This document shows, in pieces, positions 26,450 to 40,444 of a stretch of 64,000 nucleotides of DNA. A program made the position numbers and the translations under genes. Origin of the DNA: Azolla caroliniana (Eukaryota; Plantae; Polypodiophyta); contig JBHGNT010000010.1 of NCBI GenBank assembly GCA_043228905.1, positions 21,142,001 to 21,206,000 of the forward strand. Direction: 5' to 3'. The notes beneath the pieces were generated by a model. That model did not search any database. It worked only from the letters and a program-made list of their open reading frames with translations, and was not told the origin of the DNA. Each line of letters begins with the position of its first letter. The first letter of the stretch is position 1.

Positions 26450-26990
26450 CAAGCAATAATGCTTTTATGCACATTACCAAGCTCATGGGATGAATGGCAT
26501 AGTACTCCCATGTGTGGTTATATGTGGAGAGTTTCTAATAAGTGAGAAGATGTTAAGGATATTTATGGAATGGGCACAAGGTGAAGAGGCATTCAATGTG
26601 TGTGATTCGAAGAGGAGTGCCCATTATAAGATTCAAGCAAAAGATGATAGCAAGGATCCACAAAGCTAAAGCGGGTCTTTGGTCAATAATGAGTGAGAGA
26701 ATCCATTTGTCTCTAAGTGAACATATCTCCAAAGTGCTTGAGTGATTTTATATTGATGGAGCCAAGCTTCTTTGCATACCATTATTGCCAAGGCTAAGCA
26801 AGGAGAATTGCATGAAATCCAAAATTCCCAAGAATAAATGTGAAACGTGTCATATTTATATGTCATCTGAAGCTTGATGAATATCATGGTGAGTACTAAA
26901 CCCAATGTTTCCTATGCAATAGGAGTCATTTGCATATTCATATCCAAGCTAGGTGAAAAGAATTAGGAGTGCAATACCAAATGAGAAGAC
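26450..26990 (+). pseudogene. Very decayed Copia fragment
   Basis: Near 26870-26960, LMNIMVSTKPNVSYAIGVI resembles LMYAMVCTRPDIAYAVGVV. Confidence 0.4.
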
Positions 26991-27428
26991 TCGAAGGAAA
27001 AACAGGTCTCAACCAAGGTTCATTTATACTAATTATAACTCTTATTAATTACTTTGTGTTAATGTCAACCTCAAGCAATTGCTTAATGTTTTTGAATCAC
27101 ATTCTCATTATTCTATTCTTTGCTTCCTTGTACACATGTAAATTTGTTAATCGATATGGTTGTTAGTTTTTGTTAATCACCATTCCAATTAATTCATTAA
27201 TCTATCTTCTCCTTGTTCAAGGCAAGACCTCGAAATTACTTTGTCAGTATGTAGGACCAATCCAAATTGGTCTATAGAGACATTGATGAATATGTAGATG
27301 TATATCATGATACGTTTTGAATTGGGTTAAAACATTGTTCTAGATCAACCTTGAATCAATGAATGAAAAGTTTTAATCGTACAAAATTCAAATCAAGGAT
27401 TCAATAAAGTCAGTAATCCATAAACTCA

Positions 27429-29783
27429 TGATGAAATAAGTCCCACAAAGATGTAAGTCAACTTTATGTGAATAGAAAGTGTAAACAGTGAAGGGCGTAG
27501 ATGGTGCTATGCAACGGAAGTGAGCTTTGTGTGTGTGTGTGTGCATGTAAGGCAATAGAGAGGAAGAGAGAGAGAGTTGTAAGCAAGAAAATTGTATATT
27601 ACATCCAACAGTTACTCAATTACAAAAGGTTGGTTTCAATACCAACTATTCTAGGGCAAATGCCCTTTCTACTAATTACAAATCTATCCTAGTAACTTGT
27701 CCACTGACTAGTGTGAACATTGTCCCTATGGGAAGTTGATTTCGATTCTCAATACGCCCCTTCGAACACAACTTCGGAAGCCAAAAAGTTGTTTTGGTTT
27801 GGTCTTCGAAATACTTTGATTCGGTTGTTCGATTTCGATTTTCGTTTTTCGGTTTGTTCGTACTTCAACCCCTTTGGTTGTCTTCGACTGTTCAACATCG
27901 CTGCTACTATACTCCCCCTCAAGCGTGGCTGGTCGGTGATCGAGAGACCAAGGTTCGTCACGAACTGCTGCAGCTTGTCGATACTCAAGGCTTTTGTGAA
28001 GATGTCAGCCACTTGAAGATTCGTGTTGAGATGTTGTAGGTCGACATCTCCGGCCTATACGCACTCGCGGATGAAGTGATAGTGTACTTCAATATGCTTA
28101 GTCCGCACATGGAACACGGGGTTCCGAGCCAGGTAGATATTGTTCATGCCTCCATGCTCGACAGTGCGACTGTCAGCTGCTTCTTACTACTCCATGAGAT
28201 TGCTCCATTACCGAGAGAGAAAACGAATCCGGAGGTTGAACGTCTATCGACCTTATATCATGCCCAGTCTGTGTCTGTGTACCCATCAAGTCGAATAAGC
28301 GTATTTGACTTATACATGATGCCATAATCCATTGTCGTACTGACATATCGAAGTATCCTCTTAGCGCAATGGAGATGTTCATTTCATGGGTTCTGCATGA
28401 ATTGGCTAAGTAGGCTGACTGAATAGTTGAGGTCGGGTGGTGTGATGGTTAGATAGATTAGGTTGTCGATCAGCTATCAATACTGAGTCGACTCACACTC
28501 TGTTGTTCATGAATCGACATTGAGCTTGAGATATGATCGAGAGGGGTAGACACAGGTTTGCAATCGGTCATTCCGAACTTGTAGAGGAAGTTGAGAATGT
28601 AGTGCTGTTGTGAGATCAATATCCCGATTGGTGTTCAAATTACTTCAATACCAAGGAAGTAATGGAGCTCATGCATATCTTTCATTTCGAATCTGCCGGA
28701 TAGGAGTGATTTGACCTTATTGATCTCGGGGAGATCCTTTCATCCGATGACCAGATCATCCACATACACGATGATGATAATCGGGTTGTTCAACTCGTTT
28801 CGTTTGTATAAGGAGTTATCTGGTTTCGATATTCAGAAGCCGATTTGGTGAAGATACCGAGTGATCTTCGAGTGCCAAGTGCGCGGTGCTTGCTTGAGGC
28901 CGTATAAAGGCTTCTTACGTCGACATACTATTCTTGGGTGTTTCGTCGATTTGAAACCGGGTCGTTGAACCATAAAAACCTCCTCGTCTAAATCGCCTTG
29001 TAGGAAAGCGTTCTTTACGTCCATCTGATGGAGGTGCCACCCTTTGTAGCTGCGAGTGCAATAACTATCCGCACCGTTGTCATCTTTGCCACCGGGGCAA
29101 AGGTCTCCTCGTAATCGACTCTGTGTGTTTGTGTGTATCCTTTTGCGATGAGTCGTGCTTTGAACCGATTTACTCAGCCATCAGCGTTGTATTTGACCTT
29201 ATAGATCCATCTACAACCTATCGCTTTCCTTTGAAGTGAATGGGGAACAAGGTCCCATGTCTCGTTTTTGCACAAGGCCTACATTTCTTCATTCATCGCA
29301 TTGACCCATCGCTGGTCCTTGGCGGCTTTGGAAAATGTTTCCGGCTATCGAACAATTGCTACCTTCATCATGAAGGCGTAATGATATGCCATATACTCCT
29401 CATAGCCAAATCGGCTTACGGGGTGCTTTTAACAGGTGGACCGGCGTAACTTCTCGTTCGTAGAGACTAATGCTTTCTTCGCTCCATTTGTTTGGATGTC
29501 GAGGAAGTCAAGGCCTTCAAACTCACTGTTGAGAGAGTGAGTCGACTCGATTTCGATCGGATCTTCATAATCCAACATTTTTGCCTTCCCTTTGTCCAAG
29601 TTCGAACTCAATTGAGATGTGCTGCGATCACTCGACAACTCTTGTGGTCCACTCAATCGAGTCGTGATAGAACTTTCTTCGAACATGCGCCTGAGTCGAT
29701 CTTCTTCTTCTATCTCTTGTTCGGCTAATTTCGGGTCGATTGAAGTCGTAATCAGAGTTGTCTCTGGTTCGTACCAGGATGTC
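27429..29783 (-). mobile_element. Ty1/Copia RT-RNase H remnant with 3' LTR (~27429-27754)
   Basis: [18 protein letters not shown] and ADIFTKAL. PPT GAAGGGGCG followed by TATTGAG (mutated TG). Interrupted at 29784. The distal LTR end is approximate. Confidence 0.82.
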
Positions 29784-29821
29784 TGTTAAAGATTGCTTGC
29801 GAAAGCGTTAGAAAGAACAGT

Positions 29822-29868
<47 letters not shown>

Positions 29869-32800
29869 AGGACACACTATTTTCAAAAATGATATGAATA
29901 CTCTATGCTCTCTGTATCTACAACGCGCTCATCAACGCTATTTATACAAGTCCACATGAGACTGTTAGAAGTACAGTGTACTTCAATGCTCACACGAGCA
30001 TCTGACACTAACTACGAGACTATAACTGCCTAGTAGTCTAACCTATACTAGGCTACCAGTTACAGATTGGATCCGGCATACCGGCTCCCCTGATCACCGG
30101 CATACTGATTCCTCTCGCTTACCGGCTCAGGCTTATTCAGCCGATCCGGCTTCGGTTGAGCTTGCCGCTGAACATTCCCCCTCAAGCTCAACCTGAGGTA
30201 GGGTCGTAGTGTCAACCTCTGTGGCAACCGGTTCTTCCAACTGACTTCTCCTGGCGTCGCTTCGCCTTGCTTGCGCTCCTTGTCTGGTCCGGTCCCGTTC
30301 GCCGCGACCCCTTTGGTTCTGCGCGCCTCGACCTTCGGCATGTCTACTCAATAGGCCCATCTCAGCTCCTTCGCTGCTATGACTCCGGCGCTTGCGGATC
30401 CGTCGGTACCTCCGCGATGGCATCGACTTCCGCTGTGTCCGTGTCTCCTTGGCCTCTCGTTGATCCGACTCATCCAGATCCATTTGTTGATCCGAATTGG
30501 TTGTCTCCGACTCGTTCCAGCTCTTGTCCGAATTGGTATCCTCCGATTCGATTTTCGGCTTCAGGCCTCTCACCACATCGGACCACGTCCGGGTCTTGGC
30601 CTTCTCCGTGCTTCCCTTGGCTTCTTCAGCCGGTTCACCGAAGTCGAATTCTTCATTCGACTCCACATCATGGCCATTACGATCGTGATGACCTCCGCAT
30701 AGCATGCACTTCTCTTCCTGAGTGTATACTTCTTCTTCACAACCGCTCACTCCGACCTGTTCGGATGTGCCGACTTCCTTCGTCGACTCGGCTTCATTTT
30801 TCTTCTTGTCTCCACCTCTACCAGTTCTTCTCTTACCTACGGGTTCAACAGTTTTTTTGCCTTTGCGTCTCCCCCTCAAGTGCGGCACGTCAAGATGTTG
30901 AACACCAAGCATTTCGGTAAAGTGCTGCAACTTGTCCGACCTGAGCGGTTTGGTGAAGATGTCGGCAACTTGCCGATCCGTGTGAACATACCGTAGTTCA
31001 ACTTCACCGCTTAGGACCCGCTCACGCACGAAGTGATAATGCACTTCTATGTGCTTTGTGCGAGCATGGAACACAGGGTTCTTGGCGAGTTGCATGCTGC
31101 TGAGGTTATCCCAGTAGATAAGGATCGGGGTCGGTACCTTGATCCGCACGCAGGTCTTGCAGTAGTCGCCGAAGCCAAATGGCTTCACAGGTGGCAATGG
31201 GTCGCACCCCGGTATTCAGCCTCAGTGCTGGATAGAGCCATTGTTGGCTGCTTTTTGCTGCTCCACGCAACAGCCGCGCTCCCAAGAGAAGACATAAAAC
31301 TGGAAGTTGAGCGACGATCCGTTGCATCGCCAGCCCAGTCGGCATCCGTGTAGCCGACAAGCTCTTCGGTTATACCCTGCTGGTATAAGAGCCCCCGGTC
31401 CTTAGTGCCCGCTTACATACCTCAGTATTCATTGCACGCACTGAAGGTGCTCCACGGTCGGCTTTTGCATGAATTGGCTTACCACTCCGACCGGATAGCT
31501 AATGTCGGGTCGGGTGATGGTCAAGTAGATCAGGCTTCCGACTATTTGTCGAAACCTTTTCTCATCGCAGGTTGGTCCGGAGTTGGGACGGATCTTCTGA
31601 TTCTTGTCTAGGGGTGTGGAGACAGGTCGGCATTCCGTCATGCCGAACTTGTACATTATATTCAACACATAATGGAGTTGAGAAAGCAATATGCCGTCGG
31701 GGGTGCGGATGACCTCGATCCCCCAAAAATAATGAAGGTCCCCCAAGTCCTTCATATCGAATGCGTCCGACAACTGGGACTTGACGCGATTGATTTCCGG
31801 AAGACCTGGGCCGGTGATGACTAAATCATCAACATAGAGTAAGATACATACCGGACCGTTTGAGCCTTGACGGATGAACAGGGAAGAGTCTGACTTAGAG
31901 GCACCAAACCCCATCTTTCACAACCAGTGCGTGATCTTAGCATTCCAAGCACGGGGGGCTTGCTTCAAGCCATACAACGACTTCCTCAGCCGGCATACCG
32001 CCGACTTGTTCACCTCCGACTGAAATCCGGGGGGCTGAGTCATAAAGACTTCTTCTTCAAGATCTCCTTGAAGGAGGGCATTCTTCACATCCATCTGATG
32101 AGAGATGCCACCCCCTTGCCGCAGCAACCGCCAGTACCACATGAACCATCATCATCTTCGCTACAGGAGTGAAGGTCTCGTCGTAGTCGATTCCGTGGGT
32201 TTGCGCATATCCCTTCACCACTAACCGGGCCTTGTACTGGTTAACTGTACCGTCGGCATTGTACTTTACCTTGTACACCCACTTGCATCCGATCGGTTTA
32301 CAGTGACGGGGAGGGTCAACCAGGTCCCAAGTTCCGTTGGCATCTAGTGCCCGTATTTCTTCCTCTATAGCGGCATGCCAATTTGCGTCCTTTGCCGCTT
32401 CTGCGTAGCTCTCCGGCTCACGCACTTCCGCGACCTTGGTCATGTACGCATAATGATGCGCCATGTACTCGTTATACCCGTACCGTTTAACGGGATCCTT
32501 TTGGCGGGTGGACCGGCGTAGCTCACCGTTACCCAGTATGCGACCCTTCTTGGCCAGTTCGGTCTTCGTTACCGAAGATCTACCTATGTCCTTGCCGAAG
32601 TCAGATACGCACGGATCCGACTCATCATTGCCGGTCTCGAATTCTGGCATCTTCTGCTTCCCTTTCTCTTTGCATGTGAACCATCTCCTCAGTTCCTTGC
32701 GTGGGGAGAGCACGATAGAGTCTCCACTACTCGTTGTCTCATCATCCGACTGGTTGGACTGATCCAGTCTCTCATTCGGTGTGCTTAACCGGAATGATTC

Positions 32801-34419
32801 CTGACTCTCATCTTGAGTCTCGGCTTCATCTTTCTCTACCTGGGCCAGTTCAGGCTCACTAGCCCCGTCCTCCGACATCGGGTCGGAATCGAAAGTCGGA
32901 GTTGGTAAAGAATACCACGATGCCGATTCATCAAACTCGACATCTCGGCTGACTCGGACCTGCTTCGACCGGGGGTTATAACACTTATACCCCTTTTGCT
33001 CTTGAGCATAGCCGACTAGGATGCATTTTTCCGATTTTGCATCCAACTTTCTCCGCTTCTCATCTGGCACATGTACATAGGCTATGCTGCCGAATATCCG
33101 GAGGTGTCTCAAATTCGGCTTGCGCCCGAAATACAGTTCGTGAGCTGACACCTTGTCCCCGATCCGGTTCTGGATGTAAACGGCCGTTTGGACCACCTCC
33201 GCCCAGTAGAACTTGGGCATGCTCTTTTCCTCCAGCATTGCCCTAGCCGCGTCAATCAGCGACCGATTCTTCCTTTCGGCCACACCGTTCTGTTGCGGTG
33301 TGTATCTACAACTGAATTCTCGCCGAATTCCTTTTTGTTGTAGATAGTTGTTGAATTGGCTGGAAAAATACTCTTTTCCGCCATCCGACCGTAGGCATTT
33401 GATCTTCCTCTCCGATTCCCGTTCCACCATCTTCTGGAGGCTTCGGAAACACTCGAAGACTTCGCTCTTCCACTCAATGAGGTAGATCCACGTATGCCGC
33501 GTGTAGTCGTCGATTAAGGAGACAAAATATCGACTCCTGCCAATGCTAACATTTTGTGCTGGTCCCCACACATCCGAATGGATAAGATCGAGCTTGTTAC
33601 GGCTTCGATTTCTTTCGGTGGGGAATGGAAGCCGGTGTTGCTTCCCGAGTAGGCAGGCTTCACAAATCTGGGCTCTTCGGCCACTAAACTTCGGCAAACC
33701 GAAAACGACTTGTTCCATTTGCAGGTCTTGAAGCCTCCGGTAGTTGACGTGGCCGATCCGCTTGTGCCATAGGTCGATATCCAACTCGACCTTCTGTCCT
33801 TTGGCAAACAGTGCGGTGCCGACGTCATTGGTGTTGAGGATAAACATCCTCCCATCTCTGCGCCCTTGCGCAATAACTTCGCCCTCATCCTCAATGAAGC
33901 ACCCAAGGTGCGTAAACCGCACCTGCATCCCCTGGTCGACGATTTGTCCGACCGACACCAGGTTCTTCGTGATCGTCGGAACATGTAATACATTCATCAG
34001 CTTCCCCCTCTGTCCGACGTGGCTCAAAGGGACTGTGGTTAGATAGGTGTGGAGTGTCATCTCCGGTTTCGACAACTCCCGGTTGATCTGGCTTCTCCAA
34101 AAAGGAGAACCACTCCTCGTGGCTCATCATGTGGTTTGATGCGCCGGAGTCAACGTACCACACTTCCTCCGATTTGGAAGTGGTCTTCTTCATTGATTTT
34201 GCCGTGTGCTTCATTACCAAGGCTGTCCCCTTACCGTTCTTGGATCCTCCCGATTTCACCTCTTCCGATTCGAGGATGAACGTTCGGCCTTCTCGATGAC
34301 CATGAGCTATGATTTGATCGTCTTTTTCGGTGAAGCACCCATCATTATTGAATCATACTTGCATATCGTGTTTGACAATCTGGCCAGGTTCTCCGTGATG
34401 GTTGGGACATGCAAGACGT
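29784..34419 (-). mobile_element. Ty1/Copia: protease-INT-RT-RNase H, extension, PPT and 3' LTR (29784-30174)
   Basis: ORFs 33891..34259 (WYVDSGASNHM), 32057..34075, 31429..31914 and 30133..31197. PPT TTGAGGGGGAA, then TGTTCAG...TTAACA on the minus strand. Confidence 0.93.
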
Positions 34420-35095
34420 TGTCGTGGAGAAAACCGTCAATAGACGGAATCGAAGAATATCGGGAGAATCGGCGGTGTGCACCATGTGCATTTACCCTTG
34501 TAAAAAACGTGTGAATAATTGGAGTTAAGTCAAGACAGAGGATCCCATGTAATAAGGGATTTATCCCACATTGTAACGCATCTCCCTCCTTGTTCTATAA
34601 AAGGAAGGGAGCGCCTCTTGTGAAGGAGTTGCCCATTTTGAGTTAGGAGGGTATACCACTTAGGTCTAGGGTTTGGTAGAGTTCTTCCTCTTCATCTTAT
34701 TCTTGTTCCCTTAGGGTTTGTACTTGGGTCTTCGCCCTATTTCGTTTAGGGTTTCATCTTGTCTTCTTCTTCTTCTTCTGCCCCTTCGTGTCTGTTTAAG
34801 GTTTTGGCCCGGTGAAGAGCTTGTATGTTCTGTGGGGGTTTACTTCTACTCGGCCTCTTGTGCAAGACCCCGCTCTGCGCAACGAGCCCGAGAGCTACCC
34901 CCGACAGCGGCTTGGCAGCAGACTGTTGTTGTAACGTTACCTACCTTGGTCCGGCTCGAAGCTGGGGATGCATTCTTTCCCTTGTAATATACATATTTGT
35001 ATCTGTTTGTGCATATTGGTGTATGTGGTGGTGTCGGAAGCACAACCCCTTGCTTCCTGTGCATAAGAGTCGGTGTCGTGCGCACACTCTCCCTC

Positions 35096-35146
<51 letters not shown>

Positions 35147-36013
35147 GTTCGGTTGCCTCTGGGACGCGTCCGGAGTTGGTTTCTCGGCACCCCCTTCTCC
35201 CTAGTCCGAGACCCCTGTGGTCCCGCCCCTTTTACACGCACGCGTGTAGTAACGCGACATATTTGGTGAACCCGACGTGAAGGGCGGAAAGGGAGAATGG
35301 AGTTGGAAGAAAACGACTTTGCACAACTTTTTGTCGAAGCAGTGAGGGAGTTTGGACGAGCAACAGCAAGACGAGAGACGGCGTAGCAAGCGGTTGAGCA
35401 AGTGGTCGGAAGAGTTGGCCGTTTCAACGGGGACAAAGTCCCATTTTACTTCGAAGCCTACAACTTGGAAATGGAGGAGCGAGACGTAGCCGAGGCGTTG
35501 ACGCTGGAGTTCTTCTGTCGGGTCGTGGTCGTCCGTATGCACGCGGAAGTGAAGGAGCTCCGAGAAGCTCATAGTTCGTGGAAGGCCTTCGAAGAGGCCC
35601 TCTTGCAGGCATATGGGGGACGGCAAAAGCGTCGGGGACGATGCAGCTTGGAATAGTGGGTAGCATCGGCAAAGACCCACCAGGGCGCAACGAAGGCATT
35701 CCGAGAGTTCGAGCGACGGCTTGCTCGGCTCCTGGAGCGGGAAAAGGTTTGGTGGGGGCAGACAAAGTCCTGTAGTTCATCAGGTCGATTGACCGAGCGG
35801 AACGGGAGGCCATCGGGATTGAGCTCGAAGACGAGGACGGAGCGAATGGCCTTACGGAGGATTGGTCGAAATTCAGAAGGGTATGCCAACGGCTAGATGA
35901 CGAGCGGACCGAGAAGGCTAAGAGGAAGGCGCGCGACGGCGTGCCATCACAGTGGTGTCGCGTTATTACGCGCGTGCGTGTAGAAGGGGGCGGGACCACG
36001 GGGGTCTTGAACT

Positions 36014-36072
<59 letters not shown>

Positions 36073-36744
36073 CGCGGAGCGAGAAGGGGAGATATAGAAT
36101 GTAACACTTGATTTCAATAACAAGAGATTACAATAACAAGATAATACAAGAGGTTACAAGAGAATACGACTCTGACGGTTACAACCGACAAGGCGGCGAT
36201 GGACCCGACATGGGGATCCTACTCACACACACAGACAGCACTCGCTCGACTCCCAGAAACAAAACAAAGGGGGAGAGCCTCTGCTGGAAGCGCACGGGAT
36301 GTCCACAAAGCAGAGGCAGCGAACTCCCGATCCACAGAGACTGATGACCGGAGGAGAAGAGAGAGCTCGGCACTCTGGTCTGCAATAGCACTTCGTCCTC
36401 CCTAGCCGTGATGCCTGCTCCTTCCTTCTCTCCCTCCTTAAATAGTTCCCAAAAGGGGTGCCCCTTTTCCTCAACCAAACTGCTTTATTCCTAAGTGTCC
36501 CTGTCGATAGAGATACGCACAAAATCCCCTAATAAATGTGCACTACCTAGTATTTACACCAATCGCCCTAATTACGAATTCTGTACAATATATCAATCCT
36601 CGCGTCCACCCGTGTAAGTGCCGGTTCATGCGCCTTTTTCTTCGATGCCGCCTATGGCCAGTTTTCTTCACGACATCCACCCCCACCAAACCACTCATCC
36701 ACCGGCATGCACCAGAGATAGGTAGATACCGAAGAAAACCGGCC

Positions 36745-38073
36745 TCACTCGTTGCTCTCCGATTCTTCGCCGGGCCCGATCTGATCGTTGTTGTCACTCT
36801 CGCTCGCCAGCTCCGGCTCGTCTTTGAACCGCTTCTTGAACTCTTTGATCCGCTTCCCGGCCACTGGCACCGCTAACCGTGCACCGTCGAGTTCCGCGAG
36901 GTGGTACGTGCGGTTGTCGTTCGCGCTCGTCACCGTGTAGGGCCCGAACCATCTCCTAGAGAACTTCTGCACCACCTTGTGCTGATTGTCGAGGCTGTTG
37001 TCGTATACCAAGACCCAGTCGCCTTCCTCGATCTTCTTTGGTTGCAACCGGTGCGTCTGGTTGAACCGGGTCTTGTTCCGCTCCCTTGTCGCTCGCAACT
37101 TTTCCTTCGCCTGTATAACGTCCTCCAGCCTCCGCTTGAGTTGCCGAATCCGCGTCGCCAGCAACTCCTCCCGGCTCATTTCGTCCTTCCAATCTATCGT
37201 CGCCCATGAAGAAACCATCCGTTCCACCGGCATGATCGTCTTCTGTCCGTACATCAGCTCCGCCGACATAAACCCTGTCACCGAACTGTGCGTAGTTCGG
37301 TCCGCCCATAGTGCATAAGGAAGGAGCCACGGCCAATTCCCGACCTGCCCTCCGCATGCACGCACCAACGCCTTTACGATCGGCCCATGCCCCCGTTCCA
37401 CCTTTCCGTTCGCCTCCGGATTGTACGCCGTAGTGAGGGAGAGTTTGACGCCTAGCCGGTCGAACAACTCCTCAACTTCTCGCGCACACAGCTCTCCCCG
37501 GTCCGCCACGATCCTCCCGACGCACCCGTACCGACACACTACTTCTTCGATCAAGAACCAGCATACCGCCGCAGTTGTCTTGCTTTGCAGTGCACGGCCT
37601 TCCACCTAGTTCGTTAAGTCTTCCCGTGCAAGCACCAAGTATCGCATCTGTCCTACCCCCATCGGCATCGTCACCAAGTCCACCATCCACTTGAAATGGA
37701 CCGTAGGCGGGTAGGTCGGGTGTAGCTTGTCCCGGTGTCGGACTACAGAGTGCATCTGACAGCTTTCGCAAGTCGTTACGAACCAATGCACATCCTGGTA
37801 CAGCCCCCGCCACCAGTACTTCTCCTTCAGCTTCTCAAACGTGGCCCACGTTCCGCGGTGTCCGGCCCAAGGGCTCTCGTGAAATGCTGCCAGTAGTTTC
37901 CCCTGTTCTTCTTCCTTTGCCACTACTCGGAGTGGAATGCCGCTTCTCTTCTTTGGGTGCCTCCATATGCACCCGTCTCGCAGGAAGAATTGGTACGCCT
38001 TCTTCCGTACCCGGCTCGCCTCCTTTCTCGCCCATGCTGCGTCCGACGTCATCGTCCGTAGGAACCTCCCGAT
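36745..38073 (-). pseudogene. Gypsy integrase (HHCC, DDE, GPY/F), in-frame stop at 37606-37608
   Basis: HESPWAGH...CESCQ, IVADRG, NGKVERGH and WFGPYTV. Confidence 0.9.
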
Positions 38074-39726
38074 TTAGAGCCACTCCCCATAGACAGCCTT
38101 TTGGAGCGCCGGTGCCATGGCAAGTGGTTCCTTCATCTTTCGGATTGACTCCGTATGCTCGTCTCCCCATTCGAATTTATGCCCTTTCTTCAGCAACCCA
38201 TACAGCGGCTCCGCGACGTGGGCGTAATGCGGGATCCAGATATGGTAGAACGCGCATGCTCCCAAGAATCTTCCAACCTTCGTAACCGAATTGCAGTCAT
38301 GCTTCATCGCGGAGATGGCTTCCACCTTGGCCAGAGACGGTTTCCGACCGTATGGTCCGCATAGGTGCCCGACGACCATGATTTCTGATTGCCCGAAGGA
38401 CGATTTTTCCCCGACGAAGGTGAGCCTCACGCCTTCTAGTCTCTGCAGCACCTTCTCGCAGTCATCAATGTGAGTCGCCACGAAATTCCAACATCCTTCT
38501 GGTTTGATTACCTCGTCCTTTTCCTTCACCGAGCATCCCCTGATCGGGATGTCGTCTAAGAATGGCATGGTGATGTCTGGGAAACAATCCCTGAGCACTT
38601 TGTTCATCGTGTTCACCATGTGAGCCACTGAGTTCGTCCCTCCTTGTGGTAGGGTACACATCCGCACTAGGCTGAGAGGGGTCTGCATCGTCATAATGAC
38701 TCTGCTCTCCACGACTAGTTGGAACTGATCGTACCCCGAGTACAGATCACCGATAGAGTAAATCCACCTTCTGGCGAAGGCCACCGCGAACTCATCTATG
38801 ATTGGTCCGATACCTGCGTTACGGATGGTCACCTTGTTGACCGGTTGCAGGTCCTGGATGAAGCGCAGTGTTCCATTCTTCTTCGGCACTGTAAACCACC
38901 GATTCGAATACGGGGCACTCGACGGTTCGAGGATGCCCATCTCCACATTTTGCTTCAGAAGCTCCATCAACTTCGGGATGTGAGCTCTCAGGACCGGAAT
39001 CGGCTTGAGATTCCATGGTACATGCGGTACCGTGAAGATCACCATCGGTTCGACAACTGTCGGGTCTACGCACCCGATCTCCTCCAGTGAGAATGCGAAA
39101 GCCTTCCCGTGCCTCCCGAGCATTCTCCGAAACCGGTCCTCCTCCGTCGGCAGTAAGAAGCCGCCCCCACCGACCTTGAGCTCCCGTAGCGTTATGTCGG
39201 TGAACCGGTGCCCTATGTCAGCCGGATTCCGTAAACCTAGGTCCGACGCGGCCCCTTTTATCCGCTCCTCGTTGCCCTCCGGCAAGGGTGCCGCGACTGG
39301 CCTCACCTTCCGGTCCACAGTCTTGTACTTTGTATCCACGCGGGCCGTCCAATCCGACCCAATCCTGTCCTCGAAGTCCGCGATGACTTCGTACATTCCC
39401 ATTGATCCTACTGGAATGGTCCGGTCTTCTCTAAGGTCTTCACCGATCACCTTTCGCAGTTCGCCCAAGGTGTCGTCAAAAGAGACCGCCTCCACGGCAC
39501 CGTTGATGTCTTCGTCGGGGAAGAGGACTCCGCATGCCCTGAGCCGATCCTCCACTCGCTTCCTCTCCCGGCCGCTAACGCCAGTTATAGTACAACCTCT
39601 GTTGTCGGGGAACCAAAATTTCCTACCTACGGTACAGGTCTTCTTCCATACTATACATTTGTGGGGTTCTTCCCGGATGTTCAGACTATCACAGCCCCAC
39701 GCCATGATAGCCCTCTCTAAAAATCC
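38074..39726 (-). pseudogene. Gypsy reverse transcriptase (RNase H deleted)
   Basis: DLYSGYDQ, LPQGGTNSV, FLDDIPI and RFLGACAFY. Joins integrase-proximal sequence directly after LQKAVYGE. Confidence 0.9.
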
Positions 39727-40444
39727 CCTTGGGTTTCGCCGCCGAGGGCCTCGTGGTCACACTGGTGGTTTGGTCGCACCGTTAGGAACTGGACCGAGTG
39801 ACGCCCGTCCTGGCTCTTGACTCTTGCATAGGCTGAACCGTTGTCCAGCACCTTGGTCTCCATCCGTGCCGCCGTGATGTATGGCTCTCCCAGTATAACC
39901 GGATGCGAGGACATCTCCTGCACGAAGAAGTGTTGGTCGATCTCGACATCGCCGATTTTCACTCGTACGTTCGGACAGGCCCCATGTAGTTCTTCCGTGG
40001 CGCGCGTCGTTGCCCGTATCTTCCAGCCGTGCTTGGTGTTGATCGGCCATTTACCCTTCTTGTAGAAATCCATGGACATCAGGTTGATTTCGGATCCATG
40101 GTCTACCAGCGCCACCACAGGTTCCAGAACGTTGCCGATCCGTACAGGGGTTTCCGTAGTTGCACTGGCCCAATGCGGCTTCGTGTAGTGGCTTCCTGCC
40201 AACTCGTCTTCTAGGGCTTCGTCTTCCAAGTGCGTGGTCCGCACCTCCATCGGCTTCTCCGGTTCCGACTCCGTCGAGAGCCTCTTCCGCTTCACCAAGT
40301 CTACGATAGAGTTGTGGAACTCCCTCTTGGCGATTCCCAGCACCTCCCGCAACGACAGCTCCACTTTACTGTCGAGGATCCGCTCTTCAAGGACCTTCCG
40401 TAGGTCCATTGCTCTCTCGATTTCGGTGCTCAACCGAAACCCCG
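39717..40444 (-). pseudogene. Gag C-terminus and aspartic protease of element B
   Basis: ALVDHGSEINLM...VILGEPY, near-identical to the C-terminus of 59466..61622. Confidence 0.9.
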
